DNA of 63,543 nucleotides, counting the filler, from Reclinomonas americana ATCC 50394 (Eukaryota), in assembly GCA_048213135.1 (NCBI GenBank). It is 4 parts of 2 records of this genome, joined end to end, with 100 filler letters (N's around TTAATTAATTAA, not from the genome) between each part and the next. Parts side by side here need not be neighbours in the genome. Positions count along the whole stretch, not along the records: positions 1 to 16,118 come from PS015012.1; positions 16,219 to 21,827 come from PS015012.1; positions 21,928 to 49,855 come from PS015012.1; 1 more part is not named here. One strand, 5' to 3'. The notes below the pieces were generated by a model, which was not told where the DNA came from, did not search any database, and was given only the letters and a program-made list of their open reading frames with translations. Numbering within the stretch: position 1 is the first letter of the stretch; every line of letters begins with the position of its first letter. Made by a program: the position numbers and the translations under genes. Shown in pieces: positions 14,233 through 26,627 of this stretch.

Positions 14233-15585
14233 TCAGGTGCTGATGATTCTCAGACCCTCCTTCAGGTCGCGGACCACCTCGTTCATGGTTCGCACAATCT
14301 CCTCCTCGGCGGCCTCACGTTCCTGCATGACACACCGGTGAGTACGCTGTCCGCATCACATCTCTTTCCTCTCTCCTTCCGGACGACTCACATTGTGCTC
14401 TGCCCTGAGCTCCGAGCGCAGCAGTGCAATCTGATCATTGATGTGCGTCTCAAGCAGGCGCTCACGGTCCTCACGGACGCGGGCCTCTCGCTGCACATCC
14501 GACGCAATGCTCTCAATGTGCGTCAACCGGCCCGTCTCCTCGTTGCGCAGCGCCTCCTGGATCTGACCCACGACCGAACCCAGTCGCTGCAACGAATTAT
14601 CCAGCTCCTGCCGACTCGACGCCTCAAACTCCAACAGCGTCTGCAGCTTCGACACGCGCTCCTCAAACAGCGTCGCCGTGTCGGCAATCGAGTGCTGCCG
14701 AATCGTCCGCTCATCACGCAGCTCATTCTGCAACACACAAGACCGCAGTCAGCGACGGAGGCGGAAGAGCAGCAGTACAGTGACGCGAAGCAGCAGCAAA
14801 CCTCGAGCACACCGACGCGATGCGTCAACACATCGACAGCAGCGCGCAGACTCGACAGATTGCCTGCGCATGCATCAGTTCCAACAGCGTCCTCTTACGC
14901 AAGCACATTGCACAGTGCGCGAAGTGTTACCTTCTGTGCGATCAATGGCCTCCAGGAACATCTGCTTGAGCGTCTTGTCGGACTCGGCACGCCGCTCAAT
15001 CTCCAGCGCGAGGTTGCGATCGTTTTTCTGACCACCACACAGCCGTGAGCAACAACGGGAAAGCGATAAGGGAGGAGACGCGCGCGCGCGCTCACCAAGC
15101 ACATCTCTCGCAGCAGACTGCTCTCTGTGGTGCTGATCGACTCCTTGTTCTCGTGCTCATACCTGCGCAGGGAAGTGAGAAAAGAAGCGCTCAAACCGCG
15201 CGCGGAAAATCGAGCAACGCACCGCAGCTGCGACGTGAGCGACGACACCGACGTCTTGATGCGATCCAGACGCTCTTGTGTCGGCGAGCCTGAGCGTGTG
15301 TGTGTGTGTAAGAGAGTGAGAAAGAGAGTGGACCCAAATGCAATCGACATCGGACCGCGGTACCGTAAAAGCGACCACCGCTGCCTTCGCCGCCGCCACC
15401 GCCACCGCCACCACGCTGAGGAGCTGTGCAACATAAAAGAGCAGAGACAGAGGAGAGAGAGAGAGAGTGAGCGCGTGCCATGGCGTCAACACCGCGCACG
15501 AGTGATCACACTCGCGCACACGCGCATTCTCTTCACGCACGCGCGCGAACGCATGCGTACATGGTCAAGAGACGCAACAGTACAT
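14233..15585 (-). CDS. SF-assemblin / beta-giardin family striated-fibre coiled-coil protein
   Basis: Spliced MYSPQRGGG...FYGSPTQERLDRIKTSVSSL...LALEIERRAESDKTLKQMF...LRDERTIR...EREAAEEEIVRTMNEVVRDLKEGLRIIST*. The short head, E..RR.ES.K motif and C-terminal RE..EE.IV...L..GL.I match this family. Confidence 0.85.
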
Positions 15586-15697
15586 TGGCACGAGGAGAAG
15601 AACGACGCACGCGCACGCTGATGACACACAAGAAAGCAAACTCCACAATCGAAGCCAATGAACGGGTCACTCGCGCGGCTCTCACTCTCTGTGCGTC

Positions 15698-16118
15698 ATG
15701 AGCAGCGCCGCCGACGATGGTGGCGCGCGCTCTCCACGCAAACACCGCCACCACCACCACTCTCACAGACACAGTCAACGACGAAGACAACACGCACACG
15801 AGCATGCCACAGAAGAAGACGAGCACACATCATCGCAACCCATCTCGCCACTGCAGCTGTCGAGCATCCGAAGCACTGCTGCGGGGCAGTTGCCACGACG
15901 CATGCATGAGAATGGCAGTGCAAGTGGAGGAGGAAAGGCGTTGTTGGCCATGGCAGCAGCGTCGTTCTCCGAGGCCGAGACGAGCATGCTGACGCACTTT
16001 CTGCAGTACGGCTTCGAGTGTGATGTGGTGCTCGTGGAGCTGTGTGTGGCCACGGAGGTGGAGAGCTTTGTGTTGCGCGGAGGGTGCGTTCTTGTGTCTG
16101 ACGCATTGTATTGGCATT
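15698..16118 (+). CDS. Hypothetical protein, 5' part only (cut by linker)
   Basis: ORF MSSAADDGGARSPRKHRHHHHSHRH...MLTHFLQYGFECDVVLVELCVATEVESFVLRG, divergent from SF-assemblin. Confidence 0.45.
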
Positions 16119-16162
16119 NNNNNNNNNNNNNNNNNNNNNNNNNNNNNNNNNNNNNNNNNNNN

Positions 16163-16174
16163 TTAATTAATTAA
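16163..16174. other. Artificial contig linker TTAATTAATTAA within Ns (also 21872-21883 and 49900-49911)
   Basis: The same 12-mer with stops in all six frames, centred in 100-bp N blocks, occurs three times. Confidence 0.95.
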
Positions 16175-17079
16175 NNNNNNNNNNNNNNNNNNNNNNNNNN
16201 NNNNNNNNNNNNNNNNNNGGTCATCGCCCTGCGCCCGCTCGTCACGACAGTCGACGCGCAACAGTCATGTGCATCCATTCACCCACACAGGACAACACAG
16301 AGGAGCACGAGGGGGCGCGGCGGGGCAAGAGATGGCGCGCGTCCGCAACGAACAAGGAGGTCGTGTGTGTGAGCGCGCGATGGCGCGAAGCGATCTCCCC
16401 CCTCCTTTCTCTGCCACACACTCACCGCCGACAAACACTGTCGTCTGTGGATTCTGGGGAGTCGGTGGCACGAGAGAGGGTCCGAGGCCGCCACTGCTGC
16501 CAGGCNNNNNNNNNNNNNNNNNNNNNNNNNNNNNNNNNNNNNNNNNNNNNNNNNNNNNNNNNNNNNNNNNNNNNNNNNNNNNNNNNNNNNNNNNNNNNNN
16601 NNNNNNNNNNNNNNNNNNNNNNNNNNNNNNNNNNNNNNNNNNNNNNNNNNNNNNNNNNNNNNNNNNNNNNNNNNNNNNNNNNNNNNNNNNNNNNNNNNNN
16701 NNNNNNNNNNNNNNNNNNNNNNNNNNNNNNNNNNNNNNNNNNNNNNNNNNNNNNNNNNNNNNNNNNNNNNNNNNNNNNNNNNNNNNNNNNNNNNNNNNNN
16801 NNNNNNNNNNNNNNNNNNNNNNNNNNNNNNNNNNNNNNNNNNNNNNNNNNNNNNNNNNNNNNNNNNNNNNNNNNNNNNNNNNNNNNNNNNNNNNNNNNNN
16901 NNNNNNNNNNNNNNNNNNNNNNNNNNNNNNNNNNNNNNNNNNNNNNNNNNNNNNNNNNNNNNNNNNNNNNNNNNNNNNNNNNNNNNNNNNNNNNNNNNNN
17001 NNNNNNNNNNNNNNNNNNNNNNNNNNNNNNNNNNNNNNNNNNNNNNNNNNNNNNNNNNNNNNNNNNNNNNNNNNNNNNN

Positions 17080-17406
17080 ACGCCCGACATGGAAGAATGC
17101 CCGGCTTTTGACAAGGCTGCAGAGGAGGAGGAAGACGATGACGATGGTGGTGGAGGTTGTGCGGCATAACCATACGATCGGTGCTGTTGTTGTTGTTGTG
17201 GAGGTTGTTGTTGGTGCTGCTGATGCGGTGGTGGTGGTTGTTGTTGTGTTGTGGGTGGCAGCTGATGATGCGGGTGATGATGATGATGATAGTATGGTGT
17301 GAACATGTAACCACTGTCCATCATGGCGGGCGCGGTGGCTACGGAGATGCGCGCGGCGGTGGTGGTGGTGGCGGTGGGTGCGACCGGGGCGGCACCCGGT
17401 TCCATG
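17080..17406 (-). CDS. N-terminal His/Gln/Pro-rich fragment of an unknown, possibly regulatory, protein
   Basis: MEPGAAPVAPTATTTT...YYHHHHHPHHQLPPTTQQQPPPPHQQHQQQ..., running into a gap. Confidence 0.45.
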
Positions 17407-18823
17407 CGCGCGAGAGTGCAAAGAAATCGATTTTCTTGGTTGGTTGCAATGGAGGATGGAGTGCAAATACCGGAGTGATGTGAGGGACGAGGAAGGGGAG
17501 ACGGTGGGGAAGGTGATGCAGAAAGGAGCAATGAAGAGGAGGGGGATGAGAAAAGGCATTGAGGAAAGACGGGGGCGTTGTGTGCACGCGGTTTCGAAAA
17601 AAGGAAAAACGGATGCACTTGCTTTTCGAGGCCAACAACAACAACTTTACTAATCNNNNNNNNNNNNNNNNNNNNNNNNNNNNNNNNNNNNNNNNNNNNN
17701 NNNNNNNNNNNNNNNNNNNNNNNNNNNNNNNNNNNNNNNNNNNNNNNNNNNNNNNNNNNNNNNNNNNNNNNNNNNNNNNNNNNNNNNNNNNNNNNNNNNN
17801 NNNNNNNNNNNNNNNNNNNNNNNNNNNNNNNNNNNNNNNNNNNNNNNNNNNNNNNNNNNNNNNNNNNNNNNNNNNNNNNNNNNNNNNNNNNNNNNNNNNN
17901 NNNNNNNNNNNNNNNNNNNNNNNNNNNNNNNNNNNNNNNNNNNNNNNNNNNNNNNNNNNNNNNNNNNNNNNNNNNNNNNNNNNNNNNNNNNNNNNNNNNN
18001 NNNNNNNNNNNNNNNNNNNNNNNNNNNNNNNNNNNNNNNNNNNNNNNNNNNNNNNNNNNNNNNNNNNNNNNNNNNNNNNNNNNNNNNNNNNNNNNNNNNN
18101 NNNNNNNNNNNNNNNNNNNNNNNNNNNNNNNNNNNNNNNNNNNNNNNNNNNNNNNNNTGTGTAGGACAGCTTTTCCCTTCAGGCAGCTTCCCGATCGCAC
18201 GCGGCACTTTCTGCCTTCATGACTGCTCGTCCTGCATGCACGCCGCTGCGAATGCTCCGCTCGAACCAAAATCGCGATCGAACACTTTTGATATCGGCTC
18301 GATGCCTCGGAACAGCTGGATCAAGACGATGAGGGAAGCTGCAAGAAAACCCGGGCTGGAGCGTCAGGCTTCTAAGCCATGGCCGGCTCAATCCTTGTTC
18401 ATGCATGCATATGCATGCGCGCGCGTTCTCGATCTTGCTGTTGCAAAACGAAGAGTTGCGGCTCCTCATTAGTTAACATCCATCTCCTCAAAACATCCGC
18501 TCGACAGCAGACACCAGCAGCGCGTCAGGGATGTCTGCAACCCTTTCCATCCAATTCGCCGCATGAGATTCTTTTGTCCGAACGTCGAATTTTTTCACGC
18601 GAGAGAGAGGGAAGTAAGAAAAACCTCCACCAACACGAGCACCCGGCGCCTTTCCACCATAGATTAAAAGGTGCGCCCATCATCCACTAGAGGGAGAGAG
18701 TGTGTGTGTGGAGAAGAGAGAGAGAGCGTGGTGGCGTTTGGATTGGTGGAAGTTGACGTTGTGATTTGTGCGCGCGCGCGCTCTCACAGGAACAAGCAGA
18801 GTGGATCACCGTAGAAAAGCAAG

Positions 18824-20933
18824 ATGGGAAACTCGTCATCGTCATCATCATCGTCGTCGTCAGCGGCGCCCACGCTGTCGGCCTCCTCCTCGGCCTCGTC
18901 ACACTCGTGGGCCTCACAGCACCACCACCACAATCATCAGTCGTCGGCGCCTCCACAGCGCGCTCTCCGCCCGACGGCCGAGCACGAGGCGTACCTGTTG
19001 CCAGCAGGCACTCGCTTTGTTGCGTAAAAAAAACACGGGGCGCGATGGGAGAGGGGAGAGGGGAGGGGGGAAAGATCAGTTGCTTCGGGTGATGATGATG
19101 GTGTGGTCGGTTTCTCATATTTACCCGCCATCGCCCCTCAAATCCGCTCATTGTTGAGCTTTCTGCGGGGGTCTCATGGCACTGTTCCGGCACTCACGTA
19201 CACGCATGCGTGCATGCAGATGAAGCTGGCGGTGACGGGCGGGCGAGGTTTGTGTATTTCTGCACTTTTTTGTGGCATGTGGCGAGAGATTGGGTGTTTT
19301 CTGGTCCCGCTCTCTCTCTCTCTCTCTCTGACTGGTGCACTGCCCTGCGTGTTGCAGCGGGAAATTCGGAGGAGCTACTGCGCGTGTTCCTGGACCCGCA
19401 TGCTTCGTCGCGCTCCGAGAACAGGTGAGCTGCTTCTGCTGCTGATCTTTCATTCACGATTCGTTGCTCACCTGCTCTCTGCAGTGATCTGGACTTTGCG
19501 GTGAGCCTTTCCGAGAAGATGGCTGCATATGCTGCTGCTGCTGTTGTTGTATGTATGCTCATCCCCGCCATGTATGCTATGTGCGCAGCTGCAAACAGTT
19601 CATGTGTCGGGCCACTCTTGCCGACTGCAACGTTGCGCACGCCCCTGTTCTCCCGTTCTCCACCCACCCACTCACTCACGCACTCCCTTGTCCTTCCCAC
19701 AATGCAGTGTGGCAGGCGCATGCAGAGGTACCCCACTCTCTCTCCCCACAAAAAACTCAAGCTTGTAGAAGCCCTGACTTGTCCGTCCCATTTCATTGCA
19801 GCACTCGTCGGGCTTCCTGCGAAGCTACTTCCGTGACGCCGTCGGTGTGATGCTCGTCTACTCGGCGTCGGATCGGGAATCTTTTGAGAGTTGCGCGCGC
19901 ACTTGTGCACCCCCTTGCGGCGTTGCTGTGCTAAATTCTCTTTGCGGGGTGTATAGTACTGGAGCTGGCTCTGGCCGCGGCGCGGCGACAGGCGTCGCCC
20001 GATGCCATCTACATGGTGGTGGCTCACCACTGCTCGGCCGTGGACGACGAGGTGAGGGCATGCATGGTGTCGGTCATTTGGCAAGTAGCAGAGAATCAAT
20101 TTTTGAAGACAACTTTTTTCGTGTGGTGTGCGTGTTTGTGCAGTGCGTGGCTGACGAGGAGGGACGGTCGTTTGCGGAACTCCGTTCGCTTCTGTTCACC
20201 TCGGTCAACTCGCGGACGCTTGTGGGAGTGGAGCACGCGTTTTTCTGGCTCACACGGATGGCGCTCGTCGCGGCGGGAGAGACGCTGACGGACGATCCCG
20301 ACATGCGCATCGATCATCGCCAGCCGTCGGCTGCCGCATCGGTGGCCGCTGCCGCTGCCGCTGCAGCGTCGGCCGCAGCCGTGCCACCAATGATGCCGGC
20401 GTTCGGCCAGACGGCGCGCTCGCCGATGGAATCGTCGACGCGAGGCTCCAGCTCCAGCCGCTCGGCAGCGTACGAACACGTGGTGCGACCGACACCAAAC
20501 TGCGATTTCGGGGAGGACAGCGACGAGCTGCTGACGAACGCGCCGGCGGAGATGTTGTGCCCACTGACGCACCAATTGATGCGCGATCCGGTGCGTTCCT
20601 CGTTCGAGCGATCGTGTCGATACGAGGTTCTGACTCTGCCGAGATTCTCTTGTCATTTTGACGATGCAGGTGGTGCTGGTGACGGGTCACGTGTTCGAGA
20701 GGAGTGCGATCGAGGCCTGGTTCAACAAGTGCTCTCGGTGCCGCAGACCTGTCACCGATCCGCTGACGGGCCAGGAGGTGGCGACCACCCTCATCCCCGT
20801 GCACAGCATGCGGTCCCTCATCCAGTCGTTCCGAAATCGCTCACTCGACACAATGCTGCTGTCGTCGTCGGCTGCGTCCACTCCGCGCCCGTCAAGCTCC
20901 GCCAGCACAATGACGCTCGAGGCTGTAGAATAG
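18824..20933 (+). CDS. N-myristoylated degenerate Rab-like domain fused to a U-box E3 ligase domain
   Basis: Starts MGNSSS. Spliced FMKLAVTGGRAGNSEELL...DLDFALQTVHVSGHSCRLQLWQAHAEHSSGFLRSYFRDAVGVMLVYSASDRESFE...YMVVAHHCS...VADEEGRSFA...FTSVNSRTLVGVEHAF. U-box PAEMLCPLTHQLMRDPVVLVTGHVFERSAIEAWF...TDPLTGQ...LIPVHSMRSLI. Confidence 0.85.
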
Positions 20934-21287
20934 CGAGCGACAACCATGGTCTGTCTCTGTATGTACTATGCTGTGAAAATCTGTGTGTTTTTTCCCCTCT
21001 TCCGAGTCGTATGTGAAATATCTGTGCATGTGTGTGTGTGTGTGTGTGTCTGCTATGTTTGCTGAGTGGTGTTTTTAAGAGACTGAGAAAAAAGTGTAGA
21101 GCACCTGTGTATGTGTACCTGTATGTGGGGGAGTGCAAGTAAAACGGTTGCCAGCACCCACTGTTACGATAACGCGCCACCTCTTTTACACTATTGCACT
21201 AAAGAAGAAAAAAAGGATGACCACGCCACCAGCTGTACCAATTACACGAAACACAACTCAACTCTCTCACTCTCCCTTGCCCCACTT

Positions 21288-22139
21288 CTAGACCAACATG
21301 GTTGGCGATGTATGCATGAAAAATTCGACCACCTTCCACTCTGGCACCGCCAGGAACTCTGTGTCGTCGTCGATCACCTGCTGCAGTGCCATCATGTATG
21401 TGTTGGTGCGGAGATCATTCTGCGCGGCGGCAGTCAGCTACGCGTCCTTGACGACGCAAACACAGCAAGCATCACACACACGCACCTCATGACCCTCCAC
21501 AATCTTGCCAGTGCTGTCGCGGAAGCAGTGCACTTGCTGCACCTGGAACGACACCACAATCACCGGCTTGTCCTCCACAAACTTGGCGGCCATCATCTAC
21601 GCGCGGTGTGGTGAGCACACGCCCACAGGCAGAGAGAGAGAGAGAAGTGGCGACATGCTCTCACCGTCAGATCGCCAACGTCCAGTATTCTGGGGTCGGG
21701 TCGCACGCCCTGCACCTCAAGTTGCTTGAGGTACGTGAGGATCGTTTGTCTGGCCTGCAAATACCACGAGCTTCAGCACCACCACTATCGCACGCACTCA
21801 CCTCCCTCCACAGACACACACACGCGTNNNNNNNNNNNNNNNNNNNNNNNNNNNNNNNNNNNNNNNNNNNNTTAATTAATTAANNNNNNNNNNNNNNNNN
21901 NNNNNNNNNNNNNNNNNNNNNNNNNNNGCCTGTTGCGCATCCTTCTCCTTTTGCCACTCCTTCTTCAGGCGATCCATAATGTCGCCAAACACGCTGCCAC
22001 CTGCACCCTTTTGCTCCGCAAAGAGACGCACAGAGGAGCGACCGCCGAGCACCGACCACACAGCTGTTGTTGTTGCTGTCGTTGTTGGTGGCGATGACTG
22101 CACGATCGTCGTGCATCGGCGCACCAGTGAAGACAACAT
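21288..22139 (-). CDS. TIM44: Mitochondrial import protein TIM44 (middle missing at linker)
   Basis: Arg/Ser/Thr-rich presequence MLSSLVRRCTT. C-terminal Tim44 domain DPRILDVGDL...AAKFVEDKPVIVVSFQVQQVHCFRDSTGKIVEGHENDLRTNTYMMALQQ...WKVVEF. Confidence 0.85.
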
Positions 22140-22584
22140 GCTTGTCTGTCATGTGTACATGTGCAGGCATCGCAGTGAGCAGGAGAGGGGAGAGAGAGAG
22201 GGAGAGAGAGTGTGTGCTTGGTGCACATGCACATGGCGGAACTGCAGCTTCCGAGGAACACGCAGACACGCAGACACAGGCACTCATATGCAGGTGCATG
22301 TCGAAGCACACAGTCACGAACAAGCAGCAGTGAGGGAGGAGATGGCGAGAGTGTGCGTGTGTGTGTGTCTGAGCAAGCACGTGGCATCCTCGGATGATTC
22401 CAGCAAAGGAGGAGAAGAAGGAGAAGAGAGGGAGAAGAGAGGGAGAGCACACCCCTGGTGACGCAGACGCAACTGCCACGACGCACAAACGCGCAAGAGT
22501 TCGCTGGTGATCGGAATGGCAGGACTCGGTGATGCGGATCCTTCGACGTCACAAACAGACTTCACTTCGCCTCACTGCACTCAC

Positions 22585-23436
22585 TCACTCGTTGACCAGC
22601 ATCGGTGCAGCCACTCGATCTCGCGTCTCCCGATCGTACAACTGCTCGACCAGTGCCAAGGCATACTCGATTGCCGTTCCTGGCGCTCGGCTGGTGGTGA
22701 GCAGTCCATCGACCACCACTCGTGCATCCTGCCGCATGTGCCACATGAGTACAAAGTGAGACCAAAAGCTTGCACGCGAGGAGAAGCTTTCCCAGGCACA
22801 CAACTGGATTCTCCATCGCCTTGCCGGGTCGGAAGTCGGCGGCAAACGACGGGTGACAAGTGGCCGCCCGCTCGCCAATGAGTCCGTGCGTCTGCAGTAC
22901 AGTGTACGGGCTGGCGCACATGGCCGCGTACAGCTTCCCGCTCTCCATCTGCGCTCGCAGCAGCTCAATGAGCAGCGCGCAGTCGCGCATGTTGTCGGCG
23001 CCCTTGAGACCGCCCGGCAGCGCAATCAGATCGTACGCTTCTCCGACACAGTCGCTCAGCAGTGCATCGGCCACCAGCACAACACCTTAACATAGTATAC
23101 GTGTGAGGATGAGATCGACAATGAACACTGGGAGTGTGCGCGACGGACCACGCGAGGCAGTAATCTGTGTGTGCGTCGGTGAGTGTGCGTGTGTGAGAGA
23201 CATGCAGGCTAGCAGTGGGGCAAGACACGCAACTGTGGGTGTGTCGTGCACCGAGGCCACAGTGACCGTGGCACCTGCGCGTCGCAGCACGTCGATGATC
23301 GCCACAGTCTCCATCTCTGCATGCAGCATCAATCACAAGCACACACACGCACGAGTGTCTCTCTCTGTGGCATACCCTCTGATCCATTGGCAATGGGCAC
23401 AAGTACCCGCTTCGGTGCGGCAGCAGCACTCGCCAT
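22585..23436 (-). CDS. DJ-1/PfpI (ThiJ/YajL-like) glyoxalase/deglycase
   Basis: [68 protein letters not shown] (catalytic Cys), ATCHPSF, RVVVDGLLTTSRAPGTAIEYALALVEQL. Confidence 0.93.
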
Positions 23437-23504
23437 GGTGGCCACAATCGCGCGTTTGAGCATCGTTTTGCCCTGCCTGCGTCCTGTTCTGTGCGAGTTG
23501 TCTT

Positions 23505-26292
23505 ATGTGGTTGCTGGGCCGACTGGCGGCCTCCTCCTGTCGACTGCCTGCGCCCCCACTGCAGCATCGATGCTTCTCCTTGTCACTGGCAATGCGGACG
23601 ATGGCGACGCGCGGTCGTGTCGCAGTTGCGATCATACACTGAGAGACAGAGACTGAGAAGAGTGGCATGCTCAGTTGTTGGTGCTCGTGCAGCCGGTGAA
23701 CGATGACTATGACGAGGAGGACGATCACGGTGATGGCGATGGCGATGACGACGAGGATGGAGAGTTCTTGGATGATGACGATCTGGAGGTTGACGATTTT
23801 GACGAGGAGGAGGGCAAGCTCGGCAAGGGAGCGGATGCAGGTGTGGCTGGTGGCAAGCCGGGTGCTGCTGCTGGTGCTGCTGGTGTTGATGGGGACGGTG
23901 ATGGTGCTGCTGGCGTGGAGGGTGGTGGCGATGATGGCGGAGCTGGTGGCGACGCTGCGGAGTCGGCTGCCGACGCGACCAAGAGCGACGAAAGCATCTG
24001 GGAGTACTACAAGAAGCTGGTACGTCTTGCGCAGCTCGGTTGGAGTCGGCGAGACTGTTGCTTACCAGGCGCGTGCAGACGAGAGATGTGCAACGAGAGG
24101 AGGGCGAGTTGGTGCAAATCCCGTGGCCGCCACCGCCGCTGGAGCCGAACGAGTTTGAGGAGATGAGAGACCTGCATCAGCGAATGCCGGATGTGTTTAC
24201 CACAGAGCGCCTGGCCAGTTTCGCCACACGTCGTTGTCAAAAACTCCCTCTGTTGTCTTTGCTCTCACCCACACCCACCAGGTATCTACATGACCAAGGA
24301 GGAGCGCGTGGTGGAGATCCTCTCGTGGACCAACGATGAGGTCGCGTGCTGCACTCCCACACACGAGGCTCCTTGTCGCCTCGTCACTGACGCAATCTCT
24401 GCAGATGGACCAGTTGCAAGCCGACTACCATCAGGCGCATGCACAGGAGGAAGAAGAGCAACGGTTCGAGCAAATCAAGGAGCGATACATGGAGGCCGCT
24501 GCCGCCGTGGAAAACATGTGGGAGGTATGGGCGTGCACAGAGCACAGCGCGAGTGTGTCCATCGATGATGGCTGACGGGGAGCGCGACAGGTGGCGTCGA
24601 GTCACTACACGGAGGCGGAACGACTGTATACCATGGGTGTTCTCGACGACGACGGCTTCCTCAAGCCGCTACCGTCACTGCCGGGTACGGTGTCCCCATT
24701 GTCTTTTCGTCGCAGGGAGTTTCTGTCTCATGATCCCACTGCAAGCGCAGAGGGTCACAAGGCGCGCCTGCTCGATTACCCCTCGTATGGTGTGCCGCGC
24801 GAGGTACTGCGCTGGTACGTGAGACCGCACGACGAGGACATTGAGGAGCTGATGCCCGACTGGTGGGAGTCGATGGACGATCTTGGTTACGTGGTGCCGA
24901 TGATGGGCGAGTACGCAGTTTTGTCTCGTCGTTCTCACCAGGCGGTGCAGACGAGGCCGCTCAAGAGGAGCACAATCGCGTGTTTCCACCCGAGCGGTTC
25001 GAGCATGACGACTGGCAGTGGCCACGAGCGGCACTCATTGCTCGCTCCCGCTGGTTGCGTGCGAAAAAGGAGGGAGCGGTGCGTTTTATGCCAGTGAACA
25101 AGTCTGCTATGTTGAGCTCACACGCTTCACGTCACAGTCGGCAGCCGAGCTCGAGAAGATCGCCTCCGACGACGCCATCCGACAGCTGGCCGAAGCCATG
25201 GACGATGACTCGACGCGCATGTCGAGTGTCGAGCTGTTCCGCGAGCCACCGGTGGAGGAGCGACCGTGGCTTGACTCGAATGTACCCAAGTGGCGTGACG
25301 ATCCCACCGCCTCCACTGCCTCGTCGGCGTCGTCGTGGCGCGGTGGCCCCACCACCACCACTGGCGCACAGTCGGCGACGGCGGCTCCGGAGGGCGGTAG
25401 CATCGAGAGCCTGACACTTGGGCAGATTCTGCAAATGCCCCTGAAACACGAAACCGACGGTCTGCCTTGTGGAGTGTACTGCTTTCGGTGTACCTCACTC
25501 ATCGTGTGTGTGTGCAGAGGATCGCGAACACCGACTGCTGTGCGAATATCTGCAGCAGCATCTGGGACGCTCGCCCGCCGAAGCACACTCGCAGTACACC
25601 AGCGAGGAAGGATCACTGTTCTCTGGTTTGTGTGCACGAGCTGGGTTGCTGCTGCTGCTGCTGCTGTGGCTAACACACGGCACGCAGAGTACAACTTCAT
25701 CTCGCCGCAGCAAGTGAAGGAGGACGGTGCTGCCGCCGACGACAACGACAAGACCGACTTGTCGTATGTGCTGCAACAGATTCAGCGGCGCAAAGAGGCT
25801 CGCGACGATCCCACGCGCAGCGCGCTGACTGCAGAGGAGGACGACTGGTTCGTGTCGCCGGCCACGGGCCGTCGCATCCCCAAAACCGCACTCGTGCGCC
25901 TCGGCGAAGAGGCTCTCGACGAGGCCATTGCCGAACTGGTACGCATTACCGCACACACACAAGTCGTCGTCCATTTAGCTCACCACAGTGCACACTCGCA
26001 GGATGAGGCACTGGAGGAGCTCAAGAGCGTTCCACCCGAGAGGCTGCAAGCCGCGACAGCGGACGACGAAGGCGCTGACGAACAGGTCGAATCATCCAGC
26101 AAGTCGCCGCCCTCCACCGCATCCTCAGCAACGACAGAAACAACAACAGCAGCAACATCAGCGCCACCCTCTCGCACTGCAGCAGACAGCGAGGCACTGG
26201 ATCGCGACACAGATCGCCTGTGGAACGAGGCCATACGACGACTCACCGACACCGACAGTGAATCATCAGCATCATCGTCAAGGCGGCGATGA
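23505..26292 (+). CDS. Hypothetical acidic protein with mitochondrial-type presequence (multi-exon)
   Basis: MWLLGRLAASSCRLPAPPLQHRCFSLSLAMRTMATRGRVA, then a GTTGCG intron, then PVNDDYDEEDD.... Many in-frame exons up to ...DRLWNEAIRRLTDTDSESSASSSRRR*. Confidence 0.6.
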
Positions 26293-26627
26293 CAATGAAC
26301 GAAAGGATAAAGCTCTACATAACAATGACCGCACCCATACACAGGAGGAGAGACAGTATATCACAACGCCAGCTGTGCACATGCACTGGTCTGTGGAGGA
26401 CAAGAAANNNNNNNNNNNNNNNNNNNNGAGAGAGAGAGAGTGAGTCAACATGTCCATGCCTCGCAGGCAAACACGCGCACACAAGCACGCGCGCTTCTTG
26501 CTGGCTCCTGCTGCAGCTGCTCAATGACAACACACGCATGAGACGCACCTGTTGCTCTTCGCACGACTGTTGACGACGAGTTATCAATCGGTTTGATGGC
26601 TTGTGAACAACACCGCAACTCTCTGCG

